Shown here: positions 8,224 through 13,790 of the stretch, piece after piece
Numbering within the stretch: position 1 is the first letter of the stretch
Layout: every line of letters starts with the position of its first letter
Origin: Octopus sinensis
Lineage: Eukaryota
DNA length: 13,790 nucleotides
Assembly: GCF_006345805.1 (NCBI RefSeq)
Contig: NW_021826071.1
Location: 1 to 13,790, forward strand
Reading direction: 5' to 3'
Position numbers and translations under genes: made by a program
Notes under the pieces: generated by a model
Told to the model about the DNA's origin: nothing
Seen by the model: only the letters and a program-made list of their open reading frames with translations
Databases searched by the model: none

Positions 8224-8509
8224 TATATTACATTATATTACATTATATTTTGTATAATTTCAACATAGTGGTAGATCGTTGTTCCAATTAAAATCACACA
8301 GACAATGTTGCATTCAGTTTTATTATGTAACATTAATATTTTCTAACAACACCATTTAAATAATAAGATATCAGATGACGTTCGTTGTTTTACATCTACT
8401 GCAACTCACTGATAGCCAACTTGAATGCATGGCTCGGTTTCCTTGTCTCTATTAAAGTCAATTGTTGACCAGCCCTTGTAAGATATCGGGTGTTTGTTTT
8501 GAATTTACA

Positions 8510-8770
8510 ATATATATGTGTATGTCTGTGTGTGAGTGAGAGTGAGTGCGTGTGTATGTGTAGATGTGTCAATTACATACATATGTATATTTATCAATAA
8601 ACATACATATATTAATGTATGTATATCATATATATGTAAGTATATACGTGTGTGAGTATCATATATATATATATATATATATATTGTTATGCACAAACTC
8701 ACAAAGACATCTACACAGCCACATAAACACACACACACACACACACATGTATATTGAGTGTGTATGTACG
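8510..8770. repeat. Degenerate (TG)/(TA)/(CA) microsatellite cluster
   Basis: Directly visible. Confidence 0.85.
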
Positions 8771-9369
8771 CAAATTGATTTAGACAGGTCAGTAACACTA
8801 ACTAACAATGGATGCAATGAAATTATATTATCTAAGTAACTTATAGGATATGCATAGCCAACAACTCGCCTATTACTGCTCCCAGCACCACCAATAACTA
8901 CAACAACAACAAGTGCACTACCACAGTCGGTGCAAATACCACAACATTGCCTGTAATCAACTAAAGGAACAGTGAAGACATCACTTGAGATAAGAAAACA
9001 AACAAACAAACAAACAAAAATGAAGAGGATCCTAAGAGTTCAGAAGTTCATCTTGTATTACACGTCCCATATGAATAAATATCATTCACAGTCTGCGAAA
9101 TAACAGCAATCACGTAGATGTAGGAAGAGAATGAGACAAAGAAGTGTGAAATACGTACACCTACATGCCTATACTCGTATATGCAGATATATACAGAATT
9201 AACAGAATCATTAATTCTTACACACATAAGCAGGCATACAAGGAATAGAACATATACATATATTAGTGCGTTATATAGGCATAAACTTATCAAAACGAAC
9301 ACGTAACGTGCTGCGTTATATTATAAATGAATATGTATATGTATAGGCCTTTAGAAACACGTAGATACA

Positions 9370-9500
9370 TAAAAATGTATGTATGTATGTATGTATGTAT
9401 GTGTGTATGTCTATATGTATGTGTGTGTGTGTCTGTATGTATTGAGATATGTATGCATGCATGTATGTATTATATATATTTATATATATATATATGCGTG
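9370..9500. repeat. (TATG)n/(TG)n/(TA)n microsatellite
   Basis: Directly visible. Confidence 0.85.
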
Positions 9501-9625
9501 TAGGTCTGTGTGTCTGTGAGTACAGGCATACATTCACACAGAGATGCATACATATATGTCCATACGCGTACAACCACACTGCCACTTATTAATCACTTAC
9601 AAGTTAAACTTGTAAGTTATATAAC

Positions 9626-9669
9626 CTAATATAATATAATATAATATAACATAATATAATATAATATAA
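9626..9669. repeat. (AATAT)n pentanucleotide tract, left flank of Helitron (continues 10069-10122)
   Basis: The same pentamer lies on both sides of the 9670-10068 element. Confidence 0.85.
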
Positions 9670-10068
9670 TCTTTATATATAAAAGTGAGGTTGTGTGCTG
9701 TCTGTCTCCTACGATTTAGATTCCTAACTACTCCCACATTTTGCGGTGCAGTTTAACCAAAACGGGGGTATCTTATAGTCGTGATTCATATCGAGCCTTC
9801 TGGGTATTAGCGCGCGTCTACGATGAGTCTACGATTTATTTAAAAAAAAATTTACCATCAATTTTTCCCATTTTTAATGCATTCTTGGCATATATAAGGG
9901 AAGTAACTCTCTAAAAATTTATTATTAAATCTCAGAACGTAAAAAGCTACAGTAAGACCCCCCCTTTGTGGTTAGCCATATTGAGATGGCTATTATACTT
10001 TACATCTCTAAAATGCTTATATAGTTATTTCCCTTACAAACCCGAGCAACGCCGGGCGATACTGCTAG
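9670..10068 (+). mobile_element. Non-autonomous Helitron (399 bp)
   Basis: 5' A|TCTTTATATATAAAAG. 3' hairpin CCCGAGCAACGCCGGG (10041-10056), 8-nt spacer, CTAG (10065-10068)|T. The terminal 33 nt match the 7722 element at 32/33. Confidence 0.88.
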
Positions 10069-10137
10069 TATAATATAATATAATATGATATAATATATAA
10101 TATAATATAATATAATATAATATTCTGTAACATACAA

Positions 10138-10350
10138 GGCGGCGAGCTGGCAGAAACGTTAGCACACCGGGCGAATTGCTTAGCAGAAATTCGTCTGTGT
10201 TTACGTTCTGAGTTTAAATTCGCCGAAGTAGATTTTGCTCTTCATCCTTTCGGGGTCGATATATGGTACCAGTTGCGTACTGCGGTCGATCTTATCAACT
10301 GGCCCCCTTCCCCAAAATTTCGGACCTTGTACGTAGAGTAGGATAGAATA
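10138..10350 (+). mobile_element. tRNA-derived SINE (octopus type)
   Basis: Head GGCGGCGAGCTGGCAGAAACG (A box) and B-box-like GAGTTTAAATTC. Central motif TTCATCCTTTCGGGGTCGAT...GTACCAG. Homologous to 13232-13461 except for the 3' tail. Confidence 0.85.
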
Positions 10351-10479
10351 TATGTATGCTAGCAATTTTATTTATTTAATTTTTTGTTGCGACTTTGACT
10401 TATCGTCATAATGGAATTCAAACATTTTTCTCATTTTCTATCATTTTCGAATTTTACACAATCTCGCCTTCTTTGTTTT

Positions 10480-10850
10480 GCACTAACACACCAGAAAAAC
10501 GCTTCTCCATTCCTATGTGCTTCTGCTATACACATGCGCACACTTGTACCTAACAACTTCCATTTTGCTTTTGCCATCGCATGTTCTCCATCAATACCTT
10601 TGTTTTCACACACGCTCTCACATCTAAGAAACGCCTCCACACTAATCAACGAAACATTGCACACATATACATACATCAACAAGAGCATCCCCCCATATCT
10701 AATAAACGCCTCCGTATTGTCATACTTCTACGCATCTGTATACTTACATATGCCACACTAACACACACAGGCACACGACACTCCTTATGCTCACTTCCAG
10801 ACGCAGATAAATTTTGTTACATGTTTCGGCACACCCACTAGTTTCTCACT
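10480..10850 (+). mobile_element. Possible highly decayed Penelope-like RT thumb/linker fragment
   Basis: Scattered motif echoes only: THQK...H.R..PNN.F.FA, NKSIPPYLINA and INFVTCFGTP (cf. K.T..YL...HP....NNIPF.LA, YP..LI and IPFV.T..P). The sense strand is A/C-rich. Confidence 0.3.
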
Positions 10851-11165
10851 TAACTAGACCCCCAACCACATCAAACAGCAATCCTCATCCTAGATTCTAA
10901 TCCTCTGTTTTACTCAAGCGTGAACCCTCCCCCCTCTCTCTCTCTCTCACTCTCTATCTATCTATCATTTACACTCTCGTTATTACTCTTTCTCACTCTA
11001 TCAAAGCTTCTCATTTTCTTACTTTTCTTCTGATGGATGACAAACGCGCGAAATGCTGAGAAACTAAAGTGTTAAACTAATACCATATTCGTCGAAATTT
11101 GTCCTTCATTTACATATATACATGCTCACACATATACGCACATATATGTGACTGTGTGAACGATA

Positions 11166-11215
11166 ATGACGATAATGATAATATATTACATACATACATA
11201 CATACATACATATGT

Positions 11216-11253
<38 letters not shown>

Positions 11254-11310
11254 GTACATCCATATGTATATATATATATATAATATACATCCATGTACAT
11301 ATATATATAG
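11166..11310. repeat. (ATG/ATA)n, (CATA)n, (CA)n, (TA)n microsatellite cluster
   Basis: Directly visible. Confidence 0.85.
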
Positions 11311-11314
11311 TTAA

Positions 11315-11500
11315 TCCAAACATGAAAACACAAAGAGAAAACACAACAACACGAGGACGTGGAACGAGTATAGCGTTATTGGACGCTCACGAAAGGAAAG
11401 AAAGGAGGATTTTACGTTTCGAGCGGAGCTCTTCCTCAGAAACATAGGAAAAGGAAAGATCGAAGGAAGGGAGGACGGAGGAAAAAAATCGCCAACGATA
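11315..11500 (-). mobile_element. Probable solitary Penelope-like pseudo-LTR fragment
   Basis: Pyrimidine-rich minus strand containing a hammerhead core and bounded by microsatellites. Assigned by inference from the pLTR-ribozyme association. Confidence 0.5.
11409..11443 (-). ncRNA. Candidate ultra-minimal type I hammerhead ribozyme with loopless palindromic helix III
   Basis: Minus strand: GTTT-CTGAGGA-A-GAGC TCC GCTC-GAAAC-GTA^AAAT. All core nucleotides are intact and G10.1-C11.1 is present. Stem I has 3 WC pairs plus one G.U. Helix III is only the ACGT palindrome. Confidence 0.65.
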
Positions 11501-11506
11501 CATACA

Positions 11507-11547
<41 letters not shown>

Positions 11548-11739
11548 ATATATATACCGAGTGCCTCATAAACCTTTACCCATTGTTCAAAAACAAATTG
11601 AAACATTTTTATTCGCAAAAGTGTTGTATAATGCTTCCCAACATTCTGTTGTTTTATTGTATACCTTTCATCAAATATAGCGGTTCAAAGAAAACACAAC
11701 AAATTGCAGTACAGAAAATGACTAAAATGAAGAACTATG

Positions 11740-11809
11740 AGGTGATAAAACAATTGAAAAAAGATTAAGGACTATGGTGAAAGCAAAGGGTGGCCATTTT
11801 GAATACATA
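11740..11809 (+). mobile_element. Possible Tc1/mariner transposase C-terminal remnant
   Basis: 11762-11809 translates RLRTMVKAKGGHFEYI (cf. RL.AV..A.GGHFE). No matching TIR pair was found. Confidence 0.4.
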
Positions 11810-12034
11810 CATAATACATACATATGTATATATAAATGTGTGTACTTTTGCCTTGTTAACAATTAACGCGGAAAAAATAAATAGTTGCCAGGGTAGCAAA
11901 ATATCACACAAGTAAAGAGAAGATTGCTTTGTTTTATACCATTTATTCTTTTGAATAATTTAGTGGAATTTTCGAAACATGTGTCGAAAGTAAAAGTATT
12001 TGATTTATACCTGCGTTAAACTCCATTATTTATT

Positions 12035-12035
<1 letters not shown>

Positions 12036-12105
<70 letters not shown>

Positions 12106-12290
12106 TACATATATACATATATATATACATATATTTTTATGACATATATGTATATATAGACTGTACACAGAAATGTATTCGTACACACACACACACACAC
12201 ACACCACACACATACACACATATATTATTATGTATGTATGCATGCATTTCTGTATATATGTATACCTCTCTATATGTATATGTATGTAGG
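12036..12290. repeat. (TA)n, (CA)n, (TATG)n microsatellite cluster
   Basis: Directly visible. Confidence 0.9.
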
Positions 12291-12347
12291 TGAAGCATCT
12301 ATGACGTATGTGCTGTATGAATGTATCAAAACAAAAATGATGCACAC

Positions 12348-12385
<38 letters not shown>

Positions 12386-12559
12386 AGGCGGTGGTGGTGG
12401 TAACAGTAGTACTGGAGGTGGTGGTGGTGGTAGCAGTAGTAGTGGAGGTGGTGGTGGTGGTGGTGGTAGTGGTAGTAGTAGTAGTAGTAGTACTAGTAGT
12501 AGTAGTAGTAGCAGCAGCAGTAATAGTAGTAGTAGCAGTAATAGTAGTAGTAGTAGTAA
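12348..12559. repeat. Compound trinucleotide array (GTA)n/(GTG)n/(GCA)n
   Basis: Directly visible; source of the poly-V/T/S/G ORFs. Confidence 0.95.
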
Positions 12560-13037
12560 CGATTGACGAGTGAATGTTACTTAAAGACAACATTTGTTGT
12601 AATGTTCCCTCCCGGTCAGCCTTATGATGTCACACTCATCGCATAAACAAACAAACATTCATCTAACTGTACTCTCCTGTTTCATCTAACATCACTCATT
12701 ATGAATGACCGTATTTTCATTTATATATTTGTTTGTTTAATTGTTTATTTATTTTAATGAGCTATTTAAGACTGCCCCACTCGCTCACTTTCTTTTTTTC
12801 CTTCGTTCACTCTCCCTTAATCTTCCTTGGTTTATCTTTCTTCAGTTTCCTCTCCCTAATTCCACGCCCACATATACACACACGTACGCACATACGCACG
12901 TACGCACACACCCACATACATACGTGTGTGTATATAAAATATATAGAAACACCTATCAACATACATTATATACTTACGTACATATATACATTATAAACAT
13001 ACATACATACATAATAAATACATCATATACATATATT

Positions 13038-13180
13038 TATTTCTTTATTGCCCACAGGGGGCTAAACACAGAGGGGACAAACAAGGACAGACATGGGTAT
13101 TAAGACGATTACATCAACCCCAATGATTAACTGGTACTTATTTAATCGACCCCGAAAGGATGAAAGGCAAAGTCAACCTC
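13038..13180 (-). mobile_element. 5'-truncated SINE copy (central domain plus tail)
   Basis: Near-duplicate of 13232-13374; lacks the tRNA head. Confidence 0.85.
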
Positions 13181-13231
13181 ACATACATGCATGCGGGCAT
13201 ACCTGCCTACCTACCTACCTACCTACCTACC

Positions 13232-13461
13232 TATTTCTTTATTACTCACAAGGGGCTAAACACAGAGGGGACAAACAAGGACAGACATAGGTATTAAGTC
13301 GATTACATCGACCCCAGTGCGTCACTAGTACTTAATTTATCGATCCCGAAAGGATGAAAGGCAAAGTCGACCTCGGCGGAATTTGAACTCACTCCGTAAC
13401 GCAGACGAAATACCGTTAAGCATTTTGGCCGGCGTGCTAACGTTTCTGCCAGCTCGCCGCC
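13232..13461 (-). mobile_element. Full-length tRNA-derived SINE (octopus type)
   Basis: Head GGCGGCGAGCTGGCAGAAACG, B box GAGTTCAAATT (13380-13390), central CTTTCATCCTTTCGGGATCGATAAATTAAGTAC, tail ending AATAAAGAAATA. Flanked on both sides by (CCTA)n. Confidence 0.9.
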
Positions 13462-13466
13462 TTATA

Positions 13467-13535
13467 TACCTACCTACCTACCTACCTACCTACCTACCTA
13501 CCTACCTACCTACCTACCTACCTACCTACATACCT
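13467..13535. repeat. (CCTA)n microsatellite (also 13205-13233)
   Basis: Directly visible. Confidence 0.95.
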
Positions 13536-13663
13536 ACGTGCATACATGCATGCCTACATACATACATAAATACATATGAAGTCACGGAATCTGAATGCTT
13601 ATTGCGATGCGTGGGAGTTGTAGCTTCAGATTATTAAACCATCGGAATTTTTACATTTTGTAG

Positions 13664-13681
13664 CTTTTGACCCACCTTGTA
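13664..13681 (+). mobile_element. Possible orphan right-hand Tc1/mariner TIR
   Basis: CTTTTGACCCACCTTG|TA. Its reverse complement CAAGGTGGGTCAAAAG resembles the TIR at 7246. No partner TIR was seen. Confidence 0.3.
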
Positions 13682-13790
13682 TTTATAACATATGTGTAAA
13701 TTTGTATGTGTGCATGTGTGTATGTATACGTATATGCAGGCACATATATATATATATTTATATATATGCCTGCATGTACGTATACATATA

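Noticed and set aside
10138-10230. tRNA genes at the SINE heads (also 13380-13461 and 4340-4410)
   Set aside because: A- and B-box-like motifs are present but there is no cloverleaf, and they continue into SINE bodies.
12620-12700. ATGATG as a C/D-box snoRNA C box
   Set aside because: No CTGA D box or terminal stem at a suitable distance.
2284-13637. The many YIYI/THTH/CVCV/LSLS/YLPT ORFs in the track
   Set aside because: They are translations of (TA)n, (CA)n, (TG)n, (CT)n and (CCTA)n repeats.
1-13790. CRISPR array or prokaryotic operon
   Set aside because: There are no regularly spaced direct repeats with unique spacers and no gene-dense organisation; the sequence is eukaryotic repeat-rich DNA.

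Overview
This is AT-rich, microsatellite-saturated eukaryotic nuclear DNA. The SINE families and repeat landscape fit octopus (coleoid cephalopod), which I recognise from memory and did not confirm by search. I found no host protein-coding exon; almost all ORFs in the supplied track are translations of simple repeats. The window is a mosaic of transposon remnants: a CR1-like LINE RT fragment (765-1100, -), a short RTE-like RT motif, a decayed Penelope-like element covering the RT C-terminus and GIY-YIG endonuclease (~4870-5790), an internally deleted Tc1/mariner with a Helitron nested inside it (7246-8223), two further non-autonomous Helitrons and five tRNA-SINE copies or fragments. The most interesting signal is a set of six minimal type I hammerhead-ribozyme-like motifs in several distinct architectures. 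They lie at 2682, 3244-3289, 6368-6420, 11409-11443 and in both arms of a 312-bp foldback at 3686-3997, and several have palindromic helix III. They resemble the ribozymes known from Penelope pseudo-LTRs. Folds were assigned by eye and activity is untested.
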